Shown here: piece by piece, positions 10,096 to 21,081 of the stretch
Layout of the letters: each line of letters opens with the position of its first letter
Numbering within the stretch: position 1 is the first letter of the stretch
IMG/VR virus record: IMGVR_UViG_3300015214_000024
Coordinates: 137,787-201,786 of that record
From: a virus
Lineage: Duplodnaviria > Heunggongvirae > Uroviricota > Caudoviricetes
Direction: 5' to 3' (one strand)
Length of the DNA stretch: 64,000 nucleotides
The notes under the pieces: model-generated
Database searches by the model: none
The model's input: only the letters and a program-made list of their open reading frames with translations
What the model was told of the DNA's origin: nothing
Position numbers and translations under genes: made by a program

Positions 10096-10642
10096 CATTG
10101 ACGATGCTGCCGTTGTTTGGTCCAAGCATTTTCGTAAGCATTTTAGAGAGACACACGGTCATAAAGCATCAGCTTATGCAGCCAGTGAGACTACAGCATT
10201 TGGTCATATTCCAATTCCAGAACTTGAAAAATATATTGTAGATTTCAACCAATCTGAACACTTTGAAAATTTAAAGCCTAAAGCAGATGCTTGTAAAATT
10301 TTGCCTAAATTGAAATCTGAAGGGTGGACAATTATAGGCATTACTGCCTGCGGGCGAGATCAAAAAACTGCTGAACTTCGTTGGAATAATTTGAATAAAA
10401 TGTTCGGCGAAGGCACATTTTCTGATGTGCGTTTTATTAATTGGTATGAATGTAAGTCAGAGCATTTAAAAGATTTTAATAATTGCCCATTTGTGGATGA
10501 TAATATAAAACACGCCGAAACAGCTCAAAAGATGGGCCACCAAGCTATGATTATTCATAGAAGCTATAGAAAGATGTTCAAGCATCCTACAATACCGGTA
10601 GTTTCAGATTGGAACGAAATTTACGAGAAGATTACCAAATGA
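10073..10642 (+). CDS. HAD-family phosphatase/nucleotidase
   Basis: LLTDID, ITA, FVDDN motifs. Confidence 0.75.
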   Translation: MNKILLTDIDDAAVVWSKHFRKHFRETHGHKASAYAASETTAFGHIPIPELEKYIVDFNQSEHFENLKPKADACKILPKLKSEGWTIIGITACGRDQKTAELRWNNLNKMFGEGTFSDVRFINWYECKSEHLKDFNNCPFVDDNIKHAETAQKMGHQAMIIHRSYRKMFKHPTIPVVSDWNEIYEKITK

Positions 10643-10839
10643 TAAAAGTCACGTCATCGATATCCTATCCGAGTAAGACAGTCCCTGGCAGAAATCAATC
10701 TACCTACTTGTCAACGCCGATCCCTGATCCAACTCCAAGCAAAGTAATTAAGGTATTGCAAGAACACTTTAATTCATTACAGCATCACTTAAAAATTAGT
10801 GATTTGGATGGGTTAAAATTTTCTGTAGTTATTGAATAA
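10639..10839 (+). CDS. Hypothetical protein
   Basis: ATGA overlap with the upstream gene. Confidence 0.45.
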   Translation: MIKVTSSISYPSKTVPGRNQSTYLSTPIPDPTPSKVIKVLQEHFNSLQHHLKISDLDGLKFSVVIE

Positions 10840-10947
10840 TTTTTTACCTTTATCTACTACATCATATGAGCAAAAACTTATAAATATTGGTGTAGAACGC
10901 TTTTGCTTCCTATTATTTATAGAAAAATAATTTAAGGAGCGAAGCAA

Positions 10948-11700
10948 GTGGCTAAAAGAAGTCAAAAACAACGCGCAAGCGCACAACAAGCTAATAATCG
11001 TGGTTCACGTAAAAATAATATCGTGAATATGAGCGATTATGCCTCTAATCTTCCACAACGCTCACGTAAGAGCAAAGTAGAAGTTGTCCCAAAAAATGTC
11101 CACCAAGAAGATTATCTTTATGCTATTGAGGATTTCCCAGTAGTATTTGGTGTTGGCCCAGCGGGTACAGGTAAAACATTGTTGGCCACATTAAAAGCCA
11201 TAGAAGCATTAAAGAATGGAGAAATTGAACGTATTGTAATAACCCGCCCAGCAGTTTCAGTTGATGAACAACACGGATTCCTTCCAGGTTCATTGATTGA
11301 AAAAATGGCACCTTGGACTCGTCCAATTTTTGACGTGTTTGAAGAATACTATAATCCAAAGCAAATTGAAGCAATGATTGAAGAAAACGTCATTGAAGTT
11401 GCTCCATTAGCTTATATGCGCGGCAGAACTTTCCACAACTGCTTCGTTATTGCTGACGAAATTCAGCTAACTACACCAAACCAAATGAAAATGCTTTTGA
11501 CTCGTTTGGGTCAAAACTCAACGATGGTTTTAACTGGAGACCTCGAGCAGGCTGACCGCACTGATGATAACGGCTTGCGTGACTTTTTGGCCAAAGTTGA
11601 AAGCACAAGACCTGATAATATTGAAGTTATTCGCTTCGATCAGACCGACATTGAACGTTCTGAAGTTGTTGAAGAAGTTTTGAAAATTTACAACAAATAA
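10948..11700 (+). CDS. phoH: PhoH family ATPase
   Basis: GPAGTGKT, ITRP, GFLPG, AYMRGRTF, DE.Q, TRLG, GD..Q.D. Confidence 0.95.
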   Translation: MAKRSQKQRASAQQANNRGSRKNNIVNMSDYASNLPQRSRKSKVEVVPKNVHQEDYLYAIEDFPVVFGVGPAGTGKTLLATLKAIEALKNGEIERIVITRPAVSVDEQHGFLPGSLIEKMAPWTRPIFDVFEEYYNPKQIEAMIEENVIEVAPLAYMRGRTFHNCFVIADEIQLTTPNQMKMLLTRLGQNSTMVLTGDLEQADRTDDNGLRDFLAKVESTRPDNIEVIRFDQTDIERSEVVEEVLKIYNK

Positions 11701-11824
11701 GGTCTTATTGATATGAAAAGAAATCAAGGAGTAGCGAAGCTAAAACTAAAGCACAGCTACTTCTTGATTTTCGACTCATGTTGTGTTATGGTATGTCCAG
11801 CAACAAGGAAAAAGGCCCCTTTAG

Positions 11825-12079
11825 ATGAACAAAGAATCTCTATTAGAACGATTGGAATCAACAGTTTCATTCAGTTTTATCAAAAAAGACGGAACTCTGA
11901 GAGTAGTTGAAAAAGCTACTACTAATTTAGACCTCATTCCTGAATCAGACCGACCTTCAGGAAAGCGAGATCAAACTAAGAAACGTGAAAACAATCCAAA
12001 TTTGATTTCATTTTATGATTTCGGAGTCAAAGCTTGGCGATCTTGCCAAGCTGACCAATTGGTTGAGATTATAGACTGA
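11825..12079 (+). CDS. Small SH3/WYL-like phage protein
   Basis: FIKKDGTLR..ATT, FYDF...AWRS. Confidence 0.65.
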   Translation: MNKESLLERLESTVSFSFIKKDGTLRVVEKATTNLDLIPESDRPSGKRDQTKKRENNPNLISFYDFGVKAWRSCQADQLVEIID

Positions 12080-12082
12080 TTA

Positions 12083-12187
12083 AGTCAATCTGGTGAAATC
12101 ATTCTGGCCATAATTGATTGTGGTTACGAGGGGCATCACGACGCACTGATAACGCGGCATTCTTGGTTCGAATCCAAGGATTGACTT
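12083..12187 (+). tRNA. tRNA-Ile(GAT)-like RNA with a ~30-nt hairpin insertion in the D loop, no CCA
   Basis: AGTCAATC/GATTGACT acceptor, loop CTGATAA, CTTGG-TTCGAAT-CCAAG T arm; anticodon stem imperfect. Confidence 0.6.
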
Positions 12188-12244
12188 ATCACTTTATGAC
12201 GTGCTATAAAGAAATATGAATTAACGGAAAGAGACCTACTTTTT

Positions 12245-14059
12245 ATGACTGAACCTAAGATTACCCACAAAAAGCTTTCAGAGCGCGAACACATTATTAA
12301 GCGCCCAGCAATGTACATTGGTGCGGTCGACCTAACTAAGGTTGATGAATTCTTTCTTGATGGCGATAAGATGGTTTATTCAACAGTGGAATACGTTCCA
12401 GGGTTGATCAAAATTATCAACGAAATTATTGATAACTCAGTTGATGAAGCTATCAAAAATAATTTTAAGTTCAGTAATGAAATTTCAGTTAATATTACTG
12501 ATACTGATGTCACTGTTAAGGATAACGGTACTGGTATTCCAGTGGTCAAAAACGCGGACGGGCATTATATTCCAGAACTTTGTTGGAATCACGCTCGAGC
12601 TGGATCAAACTTTGATGATGACGATAACCGAACTCAGATTGGTATGAACGGCGTTGGGTCGTTTGCCACGGCTTGTTTCTCCAAGGAATTTATTGGCAAG
12701 ACTGACGATGGTAAAAATTCATACACTATCAAGATCAAGAACAATGCTGAATCATTTAAGGAATCAGTAGGTGCGACCAAGGCACAAGGTACTGCTGTTC
12801 AGTTTTATCCAGACCTTGAAAAATTTGGTCTAACAGTTATTGACGAGACACACAAGAATGTAATTAGACAGCGTTTGATTAATTTGTCTATGACCTTCCC
12901 AGATATTAATTTCAAGTTCAACGGGAAGAAAATTAACGTCAGCACATTTAAGAAATATGTCTCGCTTTTTAATGAAAGCTTTGAGCTTTATGAATCTGAC
13001 GATTATCGATTTGCCGTTATCCCAAATTCTGATGACGATTTCAAGCAATTTTCCTATGTTAATGGTTTGAAGATTCCTGATGGTGGTACACACATTGACG
13101 TAATTACCAGCAACTTGGTCAATCGTATTCGCGATAAGCTTGTTAGGAAATATAAGACCATTAAGCCTGGCGATATTCGTAATAAGCTGATGGTGATTGC
13201 ATTTTTAAAGAACGTTAAGAATCCAAAGTTTAATTCTCAAGCGAAGGAAAAAATCACTAACAGTGTTGCTGAAATTAACGCATATTTTGGTGACATTCCT
13301 TATGATTCAATTACTGCTAAGGTTTTGAAAAATTCAGATATTATGGACCCAATTGTTGAGGTTTATAAAATCAAGGAAGAACTCAAACGCCGGCAGGATA
13401 TGAAAGAATTGGGCAAAGCCCCAAAGAAAATCAAGTCTGACAAATATTTGCCTCCTATTGAATCTAAAAACTATCTACTGCTCACCGAGGGGGCATCAGC
13501 AACTGGTGGTTTGATGCCAGCAATTGGGCGTAAGAATTGTGGATATTATGAACTCAAAGGTAAGCCGTTGAATGCTTATTCAGCAGATCAGAAAAAGTTT
13601 ACGTCAAACAAAGAATTGTCAGAGCTTTATATGATTTTGAATAATGAGGATTATGATCAGATTATTTTCGCAACTGACCAGGATCTCGACGGCTTCCACA
13701 TTCGTGGCCTATTGGTTGGCTTCTTTACCAAGTATTTGCCTGATTTTAAGGGCAAGATTGGTATCTTGAATACTCCAGTTATTGGTATTAAAAAAGCTGG
13801 AAAGTTGGTGCGGTGGAATTATTCGTTGCAAGACGAAGTAAAGTTGGCTGCTGGCGAAACTTCGAAATATTATAAGGGTCTGGGAAGCTGGAAAGAAAGT
13901 GATCTAAAACATATTATTCAAACTGATGGACTGAATAAAATGATTGATATCATTGACTTCGATGACGAAACTGTTATTGATGAATGGCTATCCGATGCGA
14001 CTGTCGAGCAGCGCAAGGAATACATTATGAACAACGAATTCAATATTGCGTCTGCGTAA
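12245..14059 (+). CDS. Type IIA DNA topoisomerase, ATPase/TOPRIM subunit (T4 gp39+60-like)
   Basis: EIIDNSVDE, DNGTGIP, GSNF, GMNGVG, TEGASA, TDQDLDG.HI, YYKGLG. Confidence 0.95.
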   Translation: MTEPKITHKKLSEREHIIKRPAMYIGAVDLTKVDEFFLDGDKMVYSTVEYVPGLIKIINEIIDNSVDEAIKNNFKFSNEISVNITDTDVTVKDNGTGIPVVKNADGHYIPELCWNHARAGSNFDDDDNRTQIGMNGVGSFATACFSKEFIGKTDDGKNSYTIKIKNNAESFKESVGATKAQGTAVQFYPDLEKFGLTVIDETHKNVIRQRLINLSMTFPDINFKFNGKKINVSTFKKYVSLFNESFELYESDDYRFAVIPNSDDDFKQFSYVNGLKIPDGGTHIDVITSNLVNRIRDKLVRKYKTIKPGDIRNKLMVIAFLKNVKNPKFNSQAKEKITNSVAEINAYFGDIPYDSITAKVLKNSDIMDPIVEVYKIKEELKRRQDMKELGKAPKKIKSDKYLPPIESKNYLLLTEGASATGGLMPAIGRKNCGYYELKGKPLNAYSADQKKFTSNKELSELYMILNNEDYDQIIFATDQDLDGFHIRGLLVGFFTKYLPDFKGKIGILNTPVIGIKKAGKLVRWNYSLQDEVKLAAGETSKYYKGLGSWKESDLKHIIQTDGLNKMIDIIDFDDETVIDEWLSDATVEQRKEYIMNNEFNIASA

Positions 14060-14071
14060 AGGAAATTTTAA

Positions 14072-15403
14072 ATGACCATTAGTGTTAAACGATTTTTTAA
14101 TGACGAATATGTCAATACTGCGTCATATGACAACCTTCGCAAGATTGCCTCGGTGGTGGATGGCCAAAAAAATGCTGGACGAAAGATTCTCCATACCATT
14201 TTAGAGAAGAACGTTAAGGATGAAATTAAGGTATCACAGCTTGGTTCTAAAGTTGCCGAGTTTACAGAATATCTACACGGTAGCCTTGATAATGTGATTG
14301 TGAACTTGGCCCAAAACTTCGTGGGTACCAACAATATTCCAATGTTGGTTCGAGAAGGCAACTTTGGTACCCGATTCACCCAGGAAGCTTCTGCTTCGCG
14401 TTACATTTACACTCACGGCTCTGCAGAATTCTTCAAATTGTTCAATAAACAAGATGGTGCAATCTTGCAGGATCAGTTTTTTGAGGGTACTAAAATTGAG
14501 CCCCGCTTTTTTGTTCCAGAATTACCGCTACTGTTGGTTAATGGATCAGAAGGCGTGTCATTTGGCTTTGCTCAAAAGATACTCCCAAGGTCGCCAAAGA
14601 CTTTGATTAAGCTCATCAATGACCGCCTGGCTGGTAAAAAGTGGAAAGACAAAAATATTGTCCCATATTATGAAGGTTTTGGTGGCACTATTGAGCAAGG
14701 CGACTCAAACAATCAGTGGCTCATCAAAGGCGCTATTAAGCGTATTAGCATTACTAAAGTTGAAATTACTGAACTGCCGGTAGGATACGATCTTAGGGGT
14801 TATCTTGATGTGCTTGATACTTTGGAGGAAAAGAAACATATTCAGTCTTATACAGACAAGTCTGAAGACGATAAATTTAAATTTGAAGTAGTTTTTCAGT
14901 CTAAGATGCTTAAAGAAATGACCGATGACGAAGTATTGAGTCATTTGAAACTTATTAAGAAAGTTTCAGAAAATTACACCGTAGTTGACGAATTTAACAA
15001 GATACGAGTTTTCAATGACGTTGTAGAAATCCTCAACCATTATATTGATGTAAAGCTTGATTTCTTGAATAAGCGCAAATCATATATGCTTGGTAAACTT
15101 CAGTTAGATATTGATGTTGATCAAAGCAAATATCATTTTATTGAAGCAATTGTTAAGGGTAAACTTGTTGTCAACAATCGCAAAAAAGCTGACGTTGAAG
15201 CTGACTTGTCTAAGATGAAGAACATTATCACTGTTGAAGGTGGGTATGATTATTTGCTCAATATGAACATTATGTCTCTCACAACAGAACGTATGCAGCG
15301 TTTGGCAGATGCATTGAAAGATAAAAAGTCTGAATTGGCTACTTTGCAGAAAACTACAGTTAACGATATTTGGTCAGAGACTTTAGCTGGATTCAAGTTT
15401 TAA
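14072..15403 (+). CDS. Type IIA DNA topoisomerase, breakage-reunion subunit (T4 gp52-like)
   Basis: DGQK..RK, YLHG, GNFGTR, ASASRY catalytic Tyr, LLVNG, ITELP. Confidence 0.95.
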   Translation: MTISVKRFFNDEYVNTASYDNLRKIASVVDGQKNAGRKILHTILEKNVKDEIKVSQLGSKVAEFTEYLHGSLDNVIVNLAQNFVGTNNIPMLVREGNFGTRFTQEASASRYIYTHGSAEFFKLFNKQDGAILQDQFFEGTKIEPRFFVPELPLLLVNGSEGVSFGFAQKILPRSPKTLIKLINDRLAGKKWKDKNIVPYYEGFGGTIEQGDSNNQWLIKGAIKRISITKVEITELPVGYDLRGYLDVLDTLEEKKHIQSYTDKSEDDKFKFEVVFQSKMLKEMTDDEVLSHLKLIKKVSENYTVVDEFNKIRVFNDVVEILNHYIDVKLDFLNKRKSYMLGKLQLDIDVDQSKYHFIEAIVKGKLVVNNRKKADVEADLSKMKNIITVEGGYDYLLNMNIMSLTTERMQRLADALKDKKSELATLQKTTVNDIWSETLAGFKF

Positions 15404-15750
15404 GGAAAACTGTTAAAATGATGACTAAGATACCACTTGACAGAAATAATCGTATGCTCAGGGCTGGCTTCGGAAAGCACGATGGTACGTGGTTCGTCAG
15501 GGTTGACATTTGGTTTTTCGGATTAAGGTTCAAGTTTTAAGGAACGATGGTATTATGCGATCTAATTATGATGTTTGCGAATTAGCTAAAAAGGTTAGAG
15601 CTGCGGCCGCCTCTACTATTCAAAATGAATCTTTGGTGGTTCAAAATAACGAACGCCGCGTCCGAGAAGCGACTGACATTATTAATCTTTGTAATATGAT
15701 ACTACAGGAAGAGCCATCAGCTCAAATAGGGTCACAGTGGGACCGGTAAA

Positions 15751-16005
15751 ATGCCAAAAGCTATAATCCACGTTAATCGCCAACATATAGCGATGAATGC
15801 CAAAGACGGTAAAAACCGCCCAGTTTATACTATTAAGTTTGGCAATAAAACTCGCTATGCTCGTGAAGTTGAAATCCTTGGCCCATCAAGGATGGTCTAC
15901 AACGGTGACCAGCTTTCGTGTGGCGCCCGAGCTTGGATTGAAACTGAATCGGAAATAAAGCTCATTGACGAAATGAGCTTTACTGAGGCGAGATCAAATG
16001 CTTAA
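15751..16005 (+). CDS. Hypothetical phage protein
   Basis: IHVNRQ..LSCGARAWIET. Confidence 0.6.
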   Translation: MPKAIIHVNRQHIAMNAKDGKNRPVYTIKFGNKTRYAREVEILGPSRMVYNGDQLSCGARAWIETESEIKLIDEMSFTEARSNA

Positions 16006-16207
16006 TTTGGTTAAAACTAGTAACCATTTTGGCCAACACGATTTCATAATTGATGAAATTTGTGACAAGACGCAGCTAATGGAGAGGTTGGCTAATATTA
16101 GGTGGCATAAACAGCCATCAATAGTCGATCGAGGTGATACAATTGAAATTCATTGCTTTACAAATTATGATAAAGTAAAATTAGAAGGGGAGTTTGCAAA
16201 TGGGTAA
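15998..16207 (+). CDS. Hypothetical protein
   Basis: Overlaps both neighbours in the operon. Confidence 0.5.
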   Translation: MLNLVKTSNHFGQHDFIIDEICDKTQLMERLANIRWHKQPSIVDRGDTIEIHCFTNYDKVKLEGEFANG

Positions 16208-16646
16208 AATTACAGTTGTCAAGGGTAACATTGTGTTAAGCCCGGAGACACATATTATCCACGGTTGTAATGCCCAAGGTAAGTTTCGTTCTGGCGTTGC
16301 TGGTGCTATCAGGGACCGATACCCAAATTGTTACCAAGCATATATGGATGAATATAATAAAAATGGTTTACAATTGGGTAATATTATAGTATATTCAGAT
16401 CCTAAGACTGAAGTAACAATATACAATGCAATAACCCAAGAATTTTATGGTTACGATGGTAAGCGGTATGTGGATTATGGAGCCATCAAGACGGCTATGA
16501 TACGTGCTGACGATCATTGTACCTCTGGCCGTCTCGCAATGCCAATGATTGGTGCAGGACTTGGCGGTGGAGACTGGAATACCATATCTGAAATTATTGA
16601 AGAGTGTGTCATTAACAATGAACCTGTAGTGTATGTGTTAGATTAA
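16200..16646 (+). CDS. Macro domain protein (ADP-ribose processing)
   Basis: HGCNAQG...GVAGAI, NAITQ, MPMIGAGLGGGDW. Confidence 0.88.
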   Translation: MGKITVVKGNIVLSPETHIIHGCNAQGKFRSGVAGAIRDRYPNCYQAYMDEYNKNGLQLGNIIVYSDPKTEVTIYNAITQEFYGYDGKRYVDYGAIKTAMIRADDHCTSGRLAMPMIGAGLGGGDWNTISEIIEECVINNEPVVYVLD

Positions 16647-16678
16647 GTCTAATAAATAAGAAATTACTAAATACTTTT

Positions 16679-17104
16679 ATGCAGGATTTCATTGAGGGAT
16701 TAATCGTGAGCTCTGAAATATCAAAATTGTTAACTGAATCACATCAGCGATCAGAAGCTTACGAAACTTTGATTGAAGAATCAAACATTAGAAAATTAGG
16801 ACCTGCTAATATGCAAGCTGTCCTCCTGCAAGTAGAAGATTTTTTAGATAACAATCACCTTTACGCTTACACGAATTGGTTTGAAGGTGAAGTTTATGAC
16901 GGACCGGATTTAGAGAAATATTGGGTCAGAATAAAGCTCAAGTATGACTATAATTTAATGCCAGATCCAAAAGCTATTGAGCGTTTGGTTAATTTAGGTG
17001 TCAAAGTTAAGTATGAAGAAATTAAAGAGCAAACTGACGAAAAAGAAGAACATTTTTGGATTATAAGTCTACGTATTCCAAAAGCTTTGATTAATATAGA
17101 CTAA
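16679..17104 (+). CDS. Hypothetical phage protein
   Basis: ORF downstream of ATAAATA motif; YAYTNWFEGE..MPDP. Confidence 0.6.
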   Translation: MQDFIEGLIVSSEISKLLTESHQRSEAYETLIEESNIRKLGPANMQAVLLQVEDFLDNNHLYAYTNWFEGEVYDGPDLEKYWVRIKLKYDYNLMPDPKAIERLVNLGVKVKYEEIKEQTDEKEEHFWIISLRIPKALINID

Positions 17105-17120
17105 AACAAAGGAGTGATAA

Positions 17121-17861
17121 ATGATTTCTGAAGGTCTTCACGAAGATGATCTGGACGGTGTTCTTATACCTGTCATATCAATCGACGAGTACCACGGCAA
17201 GATTGATGACTTGTCAATGGTAATATCATTCTTTTTAACAGATCCAAGTGCTGCTAATGATCTGTCCTCTTTCATAGAAAGTGGCCCATATAATATTATG
17301 GATTCTGACGTTTCAAAATCTATCAATGAAGATGGATATTATCAAGTTTTTGTTGAAATGGAAAGAATTTCACACTTCTTTTATGATTTGCAAGATATCG
17401 TTAATGATTTAAAATCATTAATTGGTAATCAAAAATGGCTCTTTATGTCTCCCAAGACTAAAGGGAACGCAATTCCTTTCACGAAAGAAAATATCAAAAG
17501 ATACGTGCAATATAAGCCTTCAGAAGAAGCCAAATCTGAACACGAGCAGTCTATGGATGAAGAAGTTATGGAATTTCTTTCTCATACTGATGTAAAAAAT
17601 GTAAAATTGGGCAATGGTAAACTAATGGTTGAAGGCAAACATTCGTCCGCCACAACTGGATTTGTAACATTTTCTGATATGAAATTACTTTGCCATATTT
17701 TAGATTTACATCATAAGCCTATTAATGAATCAACAGAAACAAAAATGGCTGTCAAGAAATTGTCAGAAATCCTCGGACCAGATTGCCTAGTGGAAACTGC
17801 TGGACAATTTATTCTAGTCTCCTCATCAATTTATCCATCTAAGGTACTACTTCTAAAATAA
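17121..17861 (+). CDS. Hypothetical phage protein
   Basis: AAGGAG SD; ISIDEY..PSAANDL..FIESG. Confidence 0.6.
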   Translation: MISEGLHEDDLDGVLIPVISIDEYHGKIDDLSMVISFFLTDPSAANDLSSFIESGPYNIMDSDVSKSINEDGYYQVFVEMERISHFFYDLQDIVNDLKSLIGNQKWLFMSPKTKGNAIPFTKENIKRYVQYKPSEEAKSEHEQSMDEEVMEFLSHTDVKNVKLGNGKLMVEGKHSSATTGFVTFSDMKLLCHILDLHHKPINESTETKMAVKKLSEILGPDCLVETAGQFILVSSSIYPSKVLLLK

Positions 17862-17915
17862 TTTGAACTTTCGGCTTGCTTATGCTAACTTGTAAAAGTT
17901 AGAAGGAACTAAGTT

Positions 17916-18314
17916 ATGAATGATCAAGTTATTGTCTACCCACAATCCATACGCGACCTGTGCGGGATCGACACTGTGATCTTCACATATTCACGCGAAG
18001 TCGCCCAAAAACTTCGCTTGTTAATGGATGATGATTATCAAATTATTCATCACAATCTTTTGATTAACGATACTGATGAGCTAGAATGGGTACAAGATGC
18101 TTTGTATCATTCACACATTTTTATCGTAACTGAAAGCAAAATTCCATTCGTGGAGGGATATGCTCTTTGTTATGCAACTGAGCAAAATCCTGAGCTAGTG
18201 ATTGGTATCAATTTAGATACAAGAATTGCAAATTTCCTATCAGCCGTTACGAAAAATGGCGTAGTGATGGTTAGCAATATTAAAGAAGTTGCTGATTTTA
18301 TAGAGGCACAATAA
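17916..18314 (+). CDS. Hypothetical protein
   Basis: ORF with SD. Confidence 0.55.
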   Translation: MNDQVIVYPQSIRDLCGIDTVIFTYSREVAQKLRLLMDDDYQIIHHNLLINDTDELEWVQDALYHSHIFIVTESKIPFVEGYALCYATEQNPELVIGINLDTRIANFLSAVTKNGVVMVSNIKEVADFIEAQ

Positions 18315-18500
18315 ATGAAAATAGACGCAGTTGACGATGAATCAGGCCAAGTTGGTTTTTATATCAAGCAGCTTTCTGATCTTTATGAAAAAATGGACAC
18401 TGAAATTTCTAAATCAATTTCTGAAATTGAGAAGAAATATTCGGATGAAATTAATAATTTAAAACAAATTATTGAAAGTACGAAATCCTTACTATTATGA
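18315..18500 (+). CDS. Hypothetical protein
   Basis: Abuts both neighbours. Confidence 0.5.
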   Translation: MKIDAVDDESGQVGFYIKQLSDLYEKMDTEISKSISEIEKKYSDEINNLKQIIESTKSLLL

Positions 18501-18847
18501 AAATAGAAACTTTATTATCGAGAGGGTCTGTACCAGACAGGATAACGTTGATTTCAACAGTTTCGAGTTGGTCAAAGCAACCATCTTGGAGACTGGCTGA
18601 ATATAGAACTAATGTGGATTCTCCGTATATTGAAAATATTCCATATAGTTTGTTTGAATTATCGTCAAGGGGTGATAATTTAAAAGACGGCCGCGGCTTC
18701 TCACTAAGGTTGACTCAACCAAATTTAAGTATGTTGTTACTCAATGCAAGAATTCGAAATGGCCGAATAGCTGAACCTTGTCAATATTTGAAGCTAAATC
18801 ATACAGCATTTTGGCTATTACCAATTAGGTTATTAAACAATGGTTAA
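18497..18847 (+). CDS. Hypothetical protein
   Basis: ATGA overlap with the upstream gene. Confidence 0.5.
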   Translation: MKIETLLSRGSVPDRITLISTVSSWSKQPSWRLAEYRTNVDSPYIENIPYSLFELSSRGDNLKDGRGFSLRLTQPNLSMLLLNARIRNGRIAEPCQYLKLNHTAFWLLPIRLLNNG

Positions 18848-19817
18848 ATTGTATAATAGAGATAATATTTTTTCCGTTAATAAGATTAAAAATTCATCAT
18901 TGATTGAATTGGATGATATTTGCTATTATCATTCAAAATTGGGGACCGATCCAAGTAATGATAACTATTTTATCACTACAACTGATAATAAACATTTTAG
19001 GTTAACTCAAGACAATTTAAACGTTTTAATAAAAACTGCTACATTTGATCAAGGTTATATTATTGGTCCACTATCTTGGCAAGAATATAAAAGAAAATCA
19101 TTACTTTTACCAAGCGGTACACTGGATGCCAAGCCATTATCATATGGAGATATTGTTGAGCCTATTCTTTCATACCGGATGGAACCTAAAAAAATGATTT
19201 ATCTTGGTATGAAGCATATAGTAGAATATTCTACTATGACGTACAAAAAAGTAAAAAAGGATCAGCATATTTTCATATCTCTCGATCGAGATATGTATAA
19301 AAAAATAGTTACTGAAAATATTATCAATTCAGCTTTTATTATATTAAAGAATGATAAGAAAATGGCTGATGAATTAAGTTCTGAATTGAATACTAATAAT
19401 ATAACTCAACGCCATCCTTGGAATGATCGATATGGCCGGCCATTTTATTTGGATGAATATCGAAAAACAAAGTTATTTTTAAAACTTATTCCAATTGATA
19501 ACTTACAAAATATTATACCATCGACGAACATCAATGATGCCAGAATAGTAATCAAAAGTGGCGATCAATTTTTTGAAACAAAATATACGTCAATTAGAAA
19601 TGGCACCTTAGCGGTCGGTACCATTCTTAGAGGAAATTTATTAAAAAATATAGAAATATTGGACATTGATGATTTTGTAGCAAATTTCAATTACTCGACA
19701 AGAAATACAAAGTATATAGAATCAAAAGAAATTGACTTTACTGTGCCATCAAGCTATCAATGTTATGTAATCGCATATGAAGTACACCAAAATGGAAAAG
19801 TTGTTGGAAGAAAATAA
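18840..19817 (+). CDS. Hypothetical protein
   Basis: 325-aa ORF. Confidence 0.6.
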   Translation: MVKLYNRDNIFSVNKIKNSSLIELDDICYYHSKLGTDPSNDNYFITTTDNKHFRLTQDNLNVLIKTATFDQGYIIGPLSWQEYKRKSLLLPSGTLDAKPLSYGDIVEPILSYRMEPKKMIYLGMKHIVEYSTMTYKKVKKDQHIFISLDRDMYKKIVTENIINSAFIILKNDKKMADELSSELNTNNITQRHPWNDRYGRPFYLDEYRKTKLFLKLIPIDNLQNIIPSTNINDARIVIKSGDQFFETKYTSIRNGTLAVGTILRGNLLKNIEILDIDDFVANFNYSTRNTKYIESKEIDFTVPSSYQCYVIAYEVHQNGKVVGRK

Positions 19818-21081
19818 GCTCGATGTCGGTCACGGTGAGCCCTGGCCAGCAAATCTTTTGAGTAATATGTGGCCCCACCCGTTTGTGATGGGCAATATCC
19901 AATATACTTGTATGGAATCCTTCTTACAGAGTTTGAAATTCGAAAAAGAAGATGATGCTGAGCGAATAAGAAAATTGCCTAATTTTGAAGCCCGGAGAGA
20001 AGGCCAAAAAGGTAATGGATGGAAAAAGACACAAAAGCTTTATTGGGATGGTATAGAAATAGACCGCCAAAGCAGTTTATATTATGACATTGTTTATTGT
20101 GCTTTTGAACATATGTGTGATCAAAATTTTCTATTCCGGGTAGCATTAAAATTAACTGGTGAAAAGCAATTGGATCATTCAATTGGTGTAGACGATCCTA
20201 CTAATACAATTTTAACTCGGCAGGATTTTTCAAACTTTCTGCACAAACTGAGAGAAGGTCAAAAAATGACAACTAATACACAATGGAAAGCTGATTATGA
20301 AAATCTAATACAAGATTGTGTGGCTTTAGATACTGAAACAACAAACATTGATGTCAAGGAAGCGGAAATATTACAGCTGGCATATACTGCTGATTTTCAC
20401 GGTGATCCGGAAAACATATTATATCGTTCAGTTAAACCAATCCCACCAGAAGCATCCGCCGTCCACCACATTTCAAACAGGATGATTAGAGGTCTACCAA
20501 CTTTTGGCCAAAATACCAGTCCGGTAGAAGCTCTTGTGAATAAAAATGCTCGATTCTATATCGCCCACAATGCAGACTATGACAAGCAAGTTTTGATCAA
20601 CAGTTGCAAAAGGGACGGTTTGGATACAGAAGCGGCACATTTCGAGAATACTCAGTGGATTTGCACTTGGCGCTTGGCAAAGGCAATTTTAGGTGTTGAC
20701 TATACTAAATTGCAATACAATTTAAGCTATCTACGTTATGCACTTGATTTAGACGTTCCGGATAATCTTCCAGCGCACGATGGCCGAGCAGATGTTATCG
20801 TGTGTGCGAAGCTTTTTGAGATGTTGGTTGAACTTGCAGTAATGGATAAGAAAATATACCCAGACCAAGATCTTGGTGAGCAGCTTTATAATCTATGCTG
20901 GGCACCCAAGAAGGTTGAAACTTGGCCATTTGGTAAGTATAAAGGTCAAAAACTTGATGCTATACCTACCGACTTTTATATGTGGGCAATTGAAAACCTT
21001 GACAGCTTGAAAGAAGATAATGAACGATATGATTTGGACCTTGCTACTTCCGTTGCAAGAGTCTTAGAAGCTCGTATCTAA
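19777..21081 (+). CDS. NADAR-like domain fused to a DEDDh 3'-5' exonuclease (ExoX-like)
   Basis: N-terminal LSNMWPHPF..ESFLQSLKF; C-terminal LDTETT, AHNADYD, AHDGRAD, WPFGKYKG. Confidence 0.8.
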   Translation: MKYTKMEKLLEENKLDVGHGEPWPANLLSNMWPHPFVMGNIQYTCMESFLQSLKFEKEDDAERIRKLPNFEARREGQKGNGWKKTQKLYWDGIEIDRQSSLYYDIVYCAFEHMCDQNFLFRVALKLTGEKQLDHSIGVDDPTNTILTRQDFSNFLHKLREGQKMTTNTQWKADYENLIQDCVALDTETTNIDVKEAEILQLAYTADFHGDPENILYRSVKPIPPEASAVHHISNRMIRGLPTFGQNTSPVEALVNKNARFYIAHNADYDKQVLINSCKRDGLDTEAAHFENTQWICTWRLAKAILGVDYTKLQYNLSYLRYALDLDVPDNLPAHDGRADVIVCAKLFEMLVELAVMDKKIYPDQDLGEQLYNLCWAPKKVETWPFGKYKGQKLDAIPTDFYMWAIENLDSLKEDNERYDLDLATSVARVLEARI

